A stretch of DNA of 43,785 nt, taken from positions 1 to 43,785 of IMG/VR virus record IMGVR_UViG_3300013426_000009; one strand, given 5' to 3'. A program made the position numbers and the translations under genes. The DNA is from a virus. The notes below the pieces were generated by a model. That model was not told the DNA's origin and did not search any database. It was given only the letters and a program-made list of their open reading frames with translations. How positions within the stretch are numbered: the stretch's first letter is position 1; each line of letters begins with the position of its first letter. Shown here piece by piece: positions 11,365-19,738 of the stretch.

Positions 11365-11398
11365 GTAACACGCCGTCTTTTATTTCTCACCACGGGCG
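11365..11398 (-). promoter_or_regulatory. Copy 2 of the conserved bipartite late motif, 26 nt upstream of terS
   Basis: Minus strand reads CGCCCGTGGTGA-N16-TGTTAC. On the plus strand this is GTAACA at 11365-11370 and TCACCACGGGCG at 11387-11398. Confidence 0.55.
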
Positions 11399-11517
11399 TT
11401 AGAACTTTCTCTCCACCCTTTGTCTGTATATCAACATATACACAGCATAGATACATCCTGCGTATAGCACTCTCTCCCCAGAGAAGAGAAAAGAAAGAAA
11501 TAAATAAAGAAAGAAAA

Positions 11518-11571
11518 GAGAAGAGAATCCCCTCTTCTCGCAAAAAAAGAGGCAGAGCCCACGCTCTGCCC
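11518..11571 (-). terminator. Tandem intrinsic terminators ending the early operon
   Basis: T1 is GGCAGAGC / 4-nt loop / GCTCTGCC (11551-11570), followed on the minus strand by TCTTTTTTT. T2 is GAGAAGAG / 6-nt loop / CTCTTCTC (11518-11539), followed by TTTTCTTTCTTT. Confidence 0.8.
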
Positions 11572-11576
11572 CTTAC

Positions 11577-12152
11577 TTATCCCATTTTGAGCTTTCTCTT
11601 CACCCACGCCCGCAGGTTACGCCACGGGTGGGATTCTGCGTAGTTGGCGCGATTATACTCGTCAATCTGCGCCCACTGCGCGTCAGTTACCTCAGGGATC
11701 CTATAAAAGTCCTCCGCCAAATCGTTATAGGCATCCGCATAGATTCCGCTTTCCCCGCAGAGCTCTTCAAACGCTTTTTGGCATTCTTCCGATTGCTCGC
11801 GAATATAAGCAATCGCTGCTTCACGGTCAATGTGTTCAGCCATTGTCAGCCCTCTTTTTTCGGATTGAAATGCCCTATAATGGCACCCCATACAGCACGG
11901 GAACACACCGTCCGGGTTTTCTCTTTGATAATCTGCAAAATCTTGCGCCGCCTTGCGGGACAGAAAAACATTGGAATAATGCACAGTGGGATATGGGTTT
12001 CGCTTAAACGATGGGCTGCAAATATTGCAGTAAAGGGCCCCCTGATAATCGCAGCAGGAAATTCCCTCAATTGTGCCCTTATATACTTTGTTTTCGCAAT
12101 GCACCCACCAAACGGTATCGCCTACATTTAGCCTTGTTTCGATTTTAGCCAT
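11577..12152 (-). CDS. Hypothetical Cys-rich protein (191 aa), last early gene
   Basis: RBS GGAGGTAATAGAGG precedes ATG 12152. GC is lower than the neighbours. No motif recognised. Confidence 0.75.
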   Translation of the reverse strand: MAKIETRLNVGDTVWWVHCENKVYKGTIEGISCCDYQGALYCNICSPSFKRNPYPTVHYSNVFLSRKAAQDFADYQRENPDGVFPCCMGCHYRAFQSEKRGLTMAEHIDREAAIAYIREQSEECQKAFEELCGESGIYADAYNDLAEDFYRIPEVTDAQWAQIDEYNRANYAESHPWRNLRAWVKRKLKMG

Positions 12153-12591
12153 CCTCTATTACCTCCAATGCTTTCTCCGCTTCCTCGCGGGTGAGGAATG
12201 CGGTTTTCCCAAAGTCCTGCAAAATGCGTTCCATGTTGAGGAATGTGAGACGGCTCTTTTTAATGAATTTGAATTCTGGCGTGTAGGTTCTTGCGCGTTT
12301 TGTCACAATCAGATATACCGTGTCGCCCACCTTACACGGCAGCACGACCACGCGTCCGTCCTTATCAGCGTCCATTAACTCGATGATGCGCTTGAATGGC
12401 ACTCCCTTGCTTATGGCTTCGTCCTCAAACGTCTTGTAATCGGCACACACTGTCGGTTCCAGCCCCGTGTCCTCATATGCTTTCATCCGCTCCCAGACTT
12501 TCCGCTGCGAACACGCGCCGTTATACGGGCACGGCAGCTCGCGGCATTGCGCGATGTCGCAGAAATTCCCCTCAAATGTCAGTCGTTCCAT
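12145..12591 (-). CDS. Hypothetical protein (148 aa)
   Basis: RBS GGAGGCATAA precedes ATG 12591, directly abutting the upstream stop. Confidence 0.75.
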   Translation of the reverse strand: MERLTFEGNFCDIAQCRELPCPYNGACSQRKVWERMKAYEDTGLEPTVCADYKTFEDEAISKGVPFKRIIELMDADKDGRVVVLPCKVGDTVYLIVTKRARTYTPEFKFIKKSRLTFLNMERILQDFGKTAFLTREEAEKALEVIEDG

Positions 12592-13337
<746 letters not shown>

Positions 13338-13341
<4 letters not shown>

Positions 13342-13628
13342 CTCTTCCACTCCTTCACGGCGCGAAGCGATGCAGATGCCTCGTCCGTACAAGGGATAAC
13401 CTGAATCGCCCCCAATACGGTCATTTCCGGCACGGTCACGGTAAAGCGGCAGTTTCCCGGAGCTTTTGTGCCGTCTTGCGCCAGCTGCTCCACAGCACAC
13501 GCACCATCCCAGCTCCACAGCTTACGAGCCTCGGTCATGGTGACCTCGGAACCGTTGCGCTCCTTGATCTTACCAAAGAAAACGCCTGCGCGGTCACAGC
13601 GAACGATGTAGTCCTGATTGGTGTTCAT
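13338..13628 (-). CDS. Hypothetical conserved phage protein (96 aa)
   Basis: RBS AGGAGGAATTTTATC precedes ATG 13628. The pattern ...VRCDRAGVFFGKI...ARKLWSWDGACAVEQLAQDG... recurs in many phage early regions, from memory. Confidence 0.75.
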
Positions 13629-13651
13629 GATAAAATTCCTCCTGATTTTTG

Positions 13652-13837
13652 TTAAAACTTAAAGCTCTCTCTGAGCTTTTTCCCGTTGATCTGCGCCTCC
13701 GCCGTAAAGTAGCGGTGCGCCTCGTTGATGTAGACGACCTTGCCATGTGCAGTCGTCTCTTTCGTGGTCACGCTCATAATGCCGTTGCTGCCCTCAAACG
13801 CGGCAGGCTTCCAGCTAAATGGTTCGCCGATGTACAT
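13652..13837 (-). CDS. Hypothetical protein (61 aa)
   Basis: The ORF track gives 13652..13927. I moved the start to ATG 13837, preceded by GGGGAGAATTGAGC, just after the methylase stop. Confidence 0.6.
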   Translation of the reverse strand: MYIGEPFSWKPAAFEGSNGIMSVTTKETTAHGKVVYINEAHRYFTAEAQINGKKLRESFKF

Positions 13838-13839
13838 GC

Positions 13840-15312
13840 TCAATTCTCCCCAAATCTCAATTTTGTCACGGCAATAGGAAACTCTTCGATCTCGCTCGCC
13901 CAGCGCGCCGTGCCTTTTCCGTTGCACCGCTCGAACACCAGCGGAAAGCCGCCGATGCCGTCAAACAGGCTCCCCATCGTAACAGGACGCAAATATTGCG
14001 CGCTGATCCGCTTTGCCAGAAATGACCAGAACGGCAGCGCGATCGAGTTGCCGCAGGCCTTATAGCGCGGGCTATCCGCGTCCTTATGGAGTTTCCCCTT
14101 GCTGTCGCGCCACTCGCCGATGTCCGTCCACCCGTCCGGATAGCCTTGCAGCCGCTCGCATTCCAGCGGCGTGAGACGGCGCACGATCGTCCCCGTACGG
14201 ACGGTATTTTGCAGATTCAGGCTCTGCCCGCCGCTCTCTTTGGCTTGCAATGCCCCGTTGATCTCGCCGCCCTCGGTGAAATTACGGCAGTCAACGCTGC
14301 TGACCACTAAATCGGTGCTGTCCTTGTAGTCGCGCTGCTTGCAGCTGCTCGCGGTATCGCCCTCGCGGTAATCGCCGAAGCCCTGCATCTGATAGCAGAC
14401 CGCTGGAACCTCGCCGAAGGTGTGCAGCGCAGGACACGGCTTGTCCGGTCCGACGGTGCTGCGGTTGTCCGGTGATGTGATCTGCGCCCGGTCAAACGCC
14501 AAAACTGACGGACATTGATTCAGCCCGCTTGATACCGCGCCCAGCGTCGGCGCGCATTCCTCGGCATAGCCGATGCCGTTAGCCTTTGCGCCCTGCCCCG
14601 CCTTGAAGGCTGCGCAAAATACTCCGCACGACGCTTGCCCTCTGCCGCTGCCGGCCGAAATGCACATTGCCTTTTCTTTGCTCGTAATGGGGTCTTGCGT
14701 CAGATGAATCGCGACTGCGCTATCAGCGCCCGCTTCAGAATCTCCGGTAGCTTCTTTCCCCGCCGCTCCGCGCGGCGTAGGATACCCAGGCACGCTTTTC
14801 CGCTCAAACGATATTTCTCCTGCGGTGTCTCCTCCAAAATCTGCGACAATCGAGATTCGACGGCGGCGTTGGGGGACTCCCCAGTGTTGCGCGTCATGCA
14901 CTCGCCAAGCCACGCTCCATCGTCCGCCCACGCAGTCGTGGTAGCCCCCCCAGGTCGGCCATCCCTTTTCAGGCACTTCAATATTGGGGGCTTCCGGCTC
15001 GACGATGCGGATGATCTCTTCGAGGACCGCCGCGAAGTCTCGCCCTTTGTTGCTGCTGAATGCGCCTGGTACGTTTTCCCAGACCATATACCGAGGTCTG
15101 ACCATGTCACCTGACCGCCCACCTGCTCGGTCATGCTCTCTCATCTCCTTTACGATGCGAATCTGATCCATGAAAAGCCCGCTGCGTGCGCCCGCAAGCC
15201 CCGCGCGCTTTCCCGCGACGCTCAAGTCCTGACACGGTGAGCCACCCGTGATGACGTCCACCGGCTCGATCTCCGCGCCGTTGATCTTCGTGATATTGCC
15301 GAGGTGTTTCAT
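13840..15312 (-). CDS. DNA cytosine-5 methyltransferase with circularly permuted motif order (490 aa)
   Basis: The N-terminus is MKHLGNITKINGAEIEPVDVITGGSPCQDLSVAGKR (motif IV). Then come WENVPG (VI), QRRRR (VIII), a ~250-aa variable region, RRLTPLECERLQGYPDGWT (IX) and ACGNSIALP (X). Only after these come TMGSLFDGIGGF (I) and ASEIEEF (II), then the stop. Confidence 0.8.
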   Translation of the reverse strand: MKHLGNITKINGAEIEPVDVITGGSPCQDLSVAGKRAGLAGARSGLFMDQIRIVKEMREHDRAGGRSGDMVRPRYMVWENVPGAFSSNKGRDFAAVLEEIIRIVEPEAPNIEVPEKGWPTWGGYHDCVGGRWSVAWRVHDAQHWGVPQRRRRISIVADFGGDTAGEISFERKSVPGYPTPRGAAGKEATGDSEAGADSAVAIHLTQDPITSKEKAMCISAGSGRGQASCGVFCAAFKAGQGAKANGIGYAEECAPTLGAVSSGLNQCPSVLAFDRAQITSPDNRSTVGPDKPCPALHTFGEVPAVCYQMQGFGDYREGDTASSCKQRDYKDSTDLVVSSVDCRNFTEGGEINGALQAKESGGQSLNLQNTVRTGTIVRRLTPLECERLQGYPDGWTDIGEWRDSKGKLHKDADSPRYKACGNSIALPFWSFLAKRISAQYLRPVTMGSLFDGIGGFPLVFERCNGKGTARWASEIEEFPIAVTKLRFGEN

Positions 15313-15410
15313 CTTCTCCCCTCACATTCCCCGAACAGCTCCCTAAACGTCATCCCCGTCAGCTCCTTCGCCGCGCTCTGTGAGATCGGCTGATTCCCAT
15401 AACCGGTCAT
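15309..15410 (-). pseudogene. 33-codon relic of the small HTH gene family (C-terminal fragment only)
   Basis: Encodes MTGYGNQPISQSAAKELTGMTFRELFGECEGRR. The last 16 aa nearly equal the C-terminus of the 16672..16917 product. It has ATGA overlaps with both flanking methylase genes. Confidence 0.55.
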
Positions 15411-15946
15411 TTGCGCTCTCCCAACTTCATAAAGCAGCCCCAAAAGGTCTGGCTTTTCTTACCGCTGTGATGACCGAAAAGCGGCTTCTGCCCGATGGCA
15501 TCCCATACTTTGGCCGCGGGTATCTGTGTCTCCGCCCACTTGAAAATCAGCACACCGTCCGGTTTCAGCACGCGCATGCACTCGCGGAATCCATCGTGCA
15601 GCATCTTCGGCCAGCCCTCGCCGAGCTTCCCGTATTTCTTCCGCATCCATGCGTTTTCTCCAACACGGCGCAAATGTGGCGGGTCAAAGACGATGAGTGC
15701 GAATGTATTATCCGGGAACGGTAAATTCGTAAAATCGCACTGAATATCCGGATGAATGATGCACTTGCGCTCGGAATCGCGGTTGGTGCTTGTCCACACC
15801 GCAGAACACTCCTCGTCGCGGACGTCGCAATAGACCACGGCCGGGTGTTGCTTATTAAACCAGATCGTCCGAGATCCGCATGTTACGTCAAGAATTTTCT
15901 TCGCCCCGTTCCCGCCCATGATCTGGCTCGCCTGAATGCTATTCAT
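15407..15946 (-). CDS. SAM-dependent DNA methyltransferase, amino-MTase type with DPPH motif (179 aa)
   Basis: The ORF track gives 15407..15964. I moved the start to ATG 15946, preceded by GGAGGAGGTG. ILDVTCGS (motif I) precedes VFDPPH (motif IV). Confidence 0.7.
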   Translation of the reverse strand: MNSIQASQIMGGNGAKKILDVTCGSRTIWFNKQHPAVVYCDVRDEECSAVWTSTNRDSERKCIIHPDIQCDFTNLPFPDNTFALIVFDPPHLRRVGENAWMRKKYGKLGEGWPKMLHDGFRECMRVLKPDGVLIFKWAETQIPAAKVWDAIGQKPLFGHHSGKKSQTFWGCFMKLGERK

Positions 15947-16003
15947 CGCGCACCTCCTCCACACAACACCACTTCGGGCGGATGCTGATTAAAACTGCTT
16001 TGC

Positions 16004-16675
16004 TCATGCGGTTCCCTCCAATCCGCCCCATTGCTCCGCCATAGCTTTGGCGATGCCGGGGAAAGTCTTCGCGCGGTTTTTTGCGCGGTCCGTAGTAAAC
16101 ATACCTCTGTGCTGAATCCCGTGCTTATGGCTATAGCTTCCGCTGGGGCACCATGTGGCAACTGGCTCAACAACATTTGTTGGGACTAGCGGTGGAAGGT
16201 TCTTCAGCCACAAGCATGTCTTTTTGGTGTACGGGTGTCCAAATTGAAACGGCTGGATAATTTGCGAGTATTCCGGCATTACAAAGACCTTACTCGGCAC
16301 AGGATTTTCGACCGCCACAAGCGGAATATCCGACCGCCAAAATTCCATGAAGAAATCGCGCGCTTTTATTCCAAGCATTACTCTTTCCGCCTGTAGATGG
16401 TGATCTTTCCATAAATGTCGCGCCCCAGCATTGCTGAGGTAAGTGCATGGCGGGTGTGCGATCAGCAAATCCCAATCAACAATATGCGTTTCTCCGTCCA
16501 TCGTGGTGATAACTCCAATCGGCCTATTGACGACCTCCACAGCGTCACCGAGGATATGCCACTCAGGATGTCCGCCAGACGGCTCTTGAATGTCACAGGA
16601 ATAAGCCTCATGTCCCAATGCGCGGAACGCCTTGCAGACTTCCTGCGATTCCTCGCAGGCAACTAATACTTTCAT
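16004..16675 (-). CDS. Small C5-methyltransferase-like protein lacking a target-recognition domain (223 aa)
   Basis: The ORF track gives 16004..16690. I moved the start to ATG 16675, which overlaps the upstream stop as ATGA. LIAHPPCTYLSNAG looks like a motif IV PC and VAVENPV like motif VI. There is no FxGxG loop; the N-terminus is MKVLVACEESQ. Confidence 0.6.
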   Translation of the reverse strand: MKVLVACEESQEVCKAFRALGHEAYSCDIQEPSGGHPEWHILGDAVEVVNRPIGVITTMDGETHIVDWDLLIAHPPCTYLSNAGARHLWKDHHLQAERVMLGIKARDFFMEFWRSDIPLVAVENPVPSKVFVMPEYSQIIQPFQFGHPYTKKTCLWLKNLPPLVPTNVVEPVATWCPSGSYSHKHGIQHRGMFTTDRAKNRAKTFPGIAKAMAEQWGGLEGTA

Positions 16676-16917
16676 CTTCTCCCCTCGCATTCTCCGAACA
16701 TCTCACGGAACGTCATCCCCGTCAAATCTTCCAGTGCCAACAGCAGCCGCACCGTCGTATCCCTGTCGCCGCGCGTCCACGCTGACACCGTAAACTGAGA
16801 CGTGCCGAGCGATTGCGCCAACGTGGTCTGGTTGTAATTCTCTGCCTCAAGGCTCTCCTTGAGCGCCGGATAAACGCAGAACTCAAACGGCGTTTTCGGT
16901 CTCATGATCCTACTCAT
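16672..16917 (-). CDS. Small HTH protein, paralogue A (81 aa)
   Basis: ...NQTTLAQSLGTSQFTVSAWTRGDRD...LTGMTFREMFGECEGRR. It is translationally coupled by ATGA to the downstream methylase-like gene. Confidence 0.75.
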   Translation of the reverse strand: MSRIMRPKTPFEFCVYPALKESLEAENYNQTTLAQSLGTSQFTVSAWTRGDRDTTVRLLLALEDLTGMTFREMFGECEGRR

Positions 16918-17141
16918 ACGCGCACCTCCCCGAAAGCCTCTTCAAACGTCAGCCCCGTCACCGCAAGGATCGCCTTGATGACGCCGATGCTGAATTCGTT
17001 CTTGCCCGTGATCCAGCGCCACGTGCAAAGCGGCGATACGCCGAGCTTTTTGCTCAACTCCGGCGGCGTCATCCCCGATGCCTGCAAAGCATCCTTGAGC
17101 TGCGGATATACGACCGTCTTAAATGCTACCGGCTTCATCAT
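16914..17141 (-). CDS. Small HTH protein, paralogue B (75 aa)
   Basis: The ORF track gives 16914..17231. I moved the start to ATG 17141, which overlaps the upstream stop as ATGA. MMKPVAFKTVVYPQLKDALQASGMTPPELSKKLGVSPLCTWRWITG...LTFEEAFGE has the same architecture as paralogue A. Confidence 0.7.
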   Translation of the reverse strand: MMKPVAFKTVVYPQLKDALQASGMTPPELSKKLGVSPLCTWRWITGKNEFSIGVIKAILAVTGLTFEEAFGEVRV

Positions 17142-17584
17142 TCCGCACCTCCCGTCTCGCCGAGCAGCGTCCCGACGGTCACGCCCAGCGCCTCGGCGAT
17201 GTACTGATAGGTCAGCAGAAAGCTCATGCACTTGCCGGTCTCAAGATTCCGGATGCTGTTGCGCGATACTCCCGATTTTTCCGCCAGCTTCTTCACGCCA
17301 AGCCCGCGCAGCGTCCTCCATTTGCGGATGTTCGCACCGACTTCCTCGGGCGAAAGCATCCCTCTCTTCGACGGCAGCGATTCCGCCAGAATATCGCTGG
17401 CCGAAACGCCAAGCGCCTCGCTGATCTTGTACAGCGTCGGCAGCTTTGGGTAGTGCTCGCCCTTTTCCAGCTTCCCGATATGCCCCTGCCCGCATTCCAC
17501 CATTTCGCCAAGCCGAAACTGGCTGATGCGGCGCACCTCGCGAACGTTTTTGAGCCGTTCGCCCAGCTCTTTTTCAGTCAACAT
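17138..17584 (-). CDS. XRE-family regulator with two tandem HTH domains (148 aa)
   Basis: There are two copies of the L...R...G.SQ..LAE..GVS...I..LE.G pattern. RBS AGGGGAG. Confidence 0.8.
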   Translation of the reverse strand: MLTEKELGERLKNVREVRRISQFRLGEMVECGQGHIGKLEKGEHYPKLPTLYKISEALGVSASDILAESLPSKRGMLSPEEVGANIRKWRTLRGLGVKKLAEKSGVSRNSIRNLETGKCMSFLLTYQYIAEALGVTVGTLLGETGGAE

Positions 17585-17599
17585 CTTTTCTTGCTCCCC

Positions 17600-17800
17600 T
17601 TATTTCCGTAATCCCTGCATGCGCCGCGTTTTGAACTGGCGCGCGCCCAGATAATCGTCCTTTTCCTGCAACTGCCGCGATTCTTCGGCTTTCGCCGCGT
17701 AATAGCGGTCAATGTCCGCCTGATAGTGCGGACATTTGCTGTGGCAGCCCACGTGCCTCACAGGCGGCTTGCAACTGTGGCAATGCTCAAATACTTCCAT
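17600..17800 (-). CDS. Small Cys/His-rich (zinc-binding?) protein (66 aa)
   Basis: MEVFEHCHSCKPPVRHVGCHSKCPHY... RBS GAGGTGTGAC. Confidence 0.7.
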   Translation of the reverse strand: MEVFEHCHSCKPPVRHVGCHSKCPHYQADIDRYYAAKAEESRQLQEKDDYLGARQFKTRRMQGLRK

Positions 17801-17801
17801 G

Positions 17802-18248
17802 TCACACCTCGCGGATCGTGATGCCGTGCTTGTCCTGCATCAGCTTCTTTTTCAGCTCGTAGGCCTGCGTGTGCATCCCTTTCGCGTCCTCGACCTCGCA
17901 CAGCCAGTGCACAACGCCCGCGATATCAGGCTCTGTCGCCCGCTCATAAGTAAAATCCGCACGATAAACCATCGGCTTGATTCGCTCGCCCTCAATGGTC
18001 GTATAGCCCTCCACAAGCGTGAAATTCGCTTGCAGCCGCAAATTGCGTATCTTGCCCATCGCGCGCAGCACTTTCAGCTCTTGGAATCGCGCCGCCTCGC
18101 GTTCGGAATCAAACTTGATGCCGTCCCTCACGACCTTTCGATTCCCGTACTTGCTCTTCTTCAGCTTCTGCTCCCCCACCAGTTTATCAAGCACCTGCTT
18201 CTGCGCCTGCGGCCCGAGCCGCGCGAGGTCAGCCGATGTCAGCGCCAT
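17802..18248 (-). CDS. DUF1064-type PD-(D/E)xK nuclease (putative Holliday-junction resolvase), 148 aa
   Basis: The ORF track gives 17802..18413. I moved the start to ATG 18248, preceded by GGGAGGCGAACG. ...KSKYGNRKVVRDGIKFDSEREAARFQELKVL...GKIRNLRLQANFTL...YRADF...EVEDAKG... fits the family. Confidence 0.7.
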   Translation of the reverse strand: MALTSADLARLGPQAQKQVLDKLVGEQKLKKSKYGNRKVVRDGIKFDSEREAARFQELKVLRAMGKIRNLRLQANFTLVEGYTTIEGERIKPMVYRADFTYERATEPDIAGVVHWLCEVEDAKGMHTQAYELKKKLMQDKHGITIREV

Positions 18249-18717
18249 CGTTCGCCTCCCGTAAATCGCCCCGTAACGCGTTCTGAGCGCATTTATCGTT
18301 AGGGGGTGTAATTTCGCGTCTTTCGTCTTTCGAACGCTCCTGCGCGTTCTCAGCGGCATTTCCGGTGCTTTCCCGCTTGTCATCCGCCGGGTCGTTGCGC
18401 AAGCCGACGCCAATGATGTACGATCCGTCGTCTCTTCTGGCGTACACTTCGTACTGCCGGTATGTCTCGCGCACGTCGAACTTCGGCAGTGTCAGGCGCA
18501 TCCCGATCGGCAGGCCCGTGTCCTCGTCGATCACGTCCTCGCCGTATGTAAGCGCCACCTGCGCCAGCAGCGCATCCGTCGCCATGCTGATCTCAGTCAC
18601 GCCCTCGGCGCGGCGTGAGAGCTGCGCGTTCAGCTTCATCAGCTCGCCGACTTTTTTCTGATATCTGCCGAGCTCATGCTCAAGATTCTTGACTTTGTCT
18701 CTGTTTCTTTCGCTCAT
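18229..18717 (-). CDS. Hypothetical protein with N-terminal coiled coil (162 aa)
   Basis: The ORF track gives 18229..18975. I moved the start to ATG 18717, which overlaps the upstream stop as ATGA. Confidence 0.6.
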   Translation of the reverse strand: MSERNRDKVKNLEHELGRYQKKVGELMKLNAQLSRRAEGVTEISMATDALLAQVALTYGEDVIDEDTGLPIGMRLTLPKFDVRETYRQYEVYARRDDGSYIIGVGLRNDPADDKRESTGNAAENAQERSKDERREITPPNDKCAQNALRGDLREANDGADIG

Positions 18718-18920
18718 AGCTTTTCCGTCCTTTCGTAGTGCAGCGTCAGCGCCCGCGCAATGGGGCAGCGCCGCCATTCTTCGCTGGCGCAGTAGCGCCG
18801 CGTATATTCGTCCAGTTCTTCCTTCGGCAGCACGATCTTCGCGCCCTCGCAGTTGAGATATTCGCGGTAGTCCCGCGAATAATACGGGCACTTGAAAATG
18901 CCCCCGCGATACCCGCTCAC
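18714..18920 (-). CDS. Small Cys-containing hypothetical protein (68 aa)
   Basis: GTG start at 18920 overlaps the DnaC-like stop as GTGA. GGAGGG lies 7 nt upstream. Confidence 0.65.
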   Translation of the reverse strand: MSGYRGGIFKCPYYSRDYREYLNCEGAKIVLPKEELDEYTRRYCASEEWRRCPIARALTLHYERTEKL

Positions 18921-19738
18921 GGTGCACCCTCCAACACTGCCTTGACGTACCGCAGCCGCTTATTTGCTTTAGCACGTCTCAGGTTGTCGCCCTTGAATGC
19001 AAGCGGCGTACACATTTCGAGAACGCGGTCATAAATGCGCTGATACGTCATGTCTTTCGGCTTGCAAAGCTCGTCCATCGTCAGGTTCGTCGTAACGATC
19101 AGCGGCTTTTTGGCCTTGTATCGCTCGTCAATGACCGTGTAGACGGTTTCCAGCGCATATTCACTGCTGCGCTCTGCGCCAAGATCGTCGATGACTAACA
19201 GCGGGTAGTAATGCACCTGCTCGATGATCTCCTGCTTGTCGTACCCTGCGTTGAGAATGCGTGGGAAGCTCGTGATCATCGCTGGAACACCTCGGTCGAT
19301 CAGCTCATTGGCGATGCACGCCGCCGCGTATGTCTTGCCGTTGCCTGTGTTGCCCCACAGCAGCAGGCCGTTATTCTCGCGCCGCATATCGTCCCATGCG
19401 TCGGCATATCGCTTGCACTTGGCGATCTCTTCGCTCATCGTCGCTGCACCAAACCGGCAGGCTGTGAGGCTCTTGTCGCGGATGCCGTCAGCGCGCAGCG
19501 TTTCGATGCGCAAGCGCTTCTCGCGGTCAGCACGAGCTTTCTTCTCCGCCTCGTACTCCCGCGCCGCGCAAGCGCACTGACAGCCGACAAGGCGCACGTT
19601 GCCGCCGATGGGGATACGGCACTGCTTTGGCGTGTTGCAATGGCCGCAGTACAGCAGCCCGTCCTTCTCGTAGTCGACCGGATCACGCACAGGCTCGGCC
19701 TTTTTCGCGATGCTGTCGATCAATGCGTCAACGTTCAT
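18917..19738 (-). CDS. DnaC/IstB-like AAA+ helicase loader with N-terminal Cys cluster (273 aa)
   Basis: Walker A is GNTGNGKTY and Walker B is LLVIDDLGAE. The N-terminus has CGHCNTPKQC...GCQCAC. Confidence 0.85.
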   Translation of the reverse strand: MNVDALIDSIAKKAEPVRDPVDYEKDGLLYCGHCNTPKQCRIPIGGNVRLVGCQCACAAREYEAEKKARADREKRLRIETLRADGIRDKSLTACRFGAATMSEEIAKCKRYADAWDDMRRENNGLLLWGNTGNGKTYAAACIANELIDRGVPAMITSFPRILNAGYDKQEIIEQVHYYPLLVIDDLGAERSSEYALETVYTVIDERYKAKKPLIVTTNLTMDELCKPKDMTYQRIYDRVLEMCTPLAFKGDNLRRAKANKRLRYVKAVLEGAP

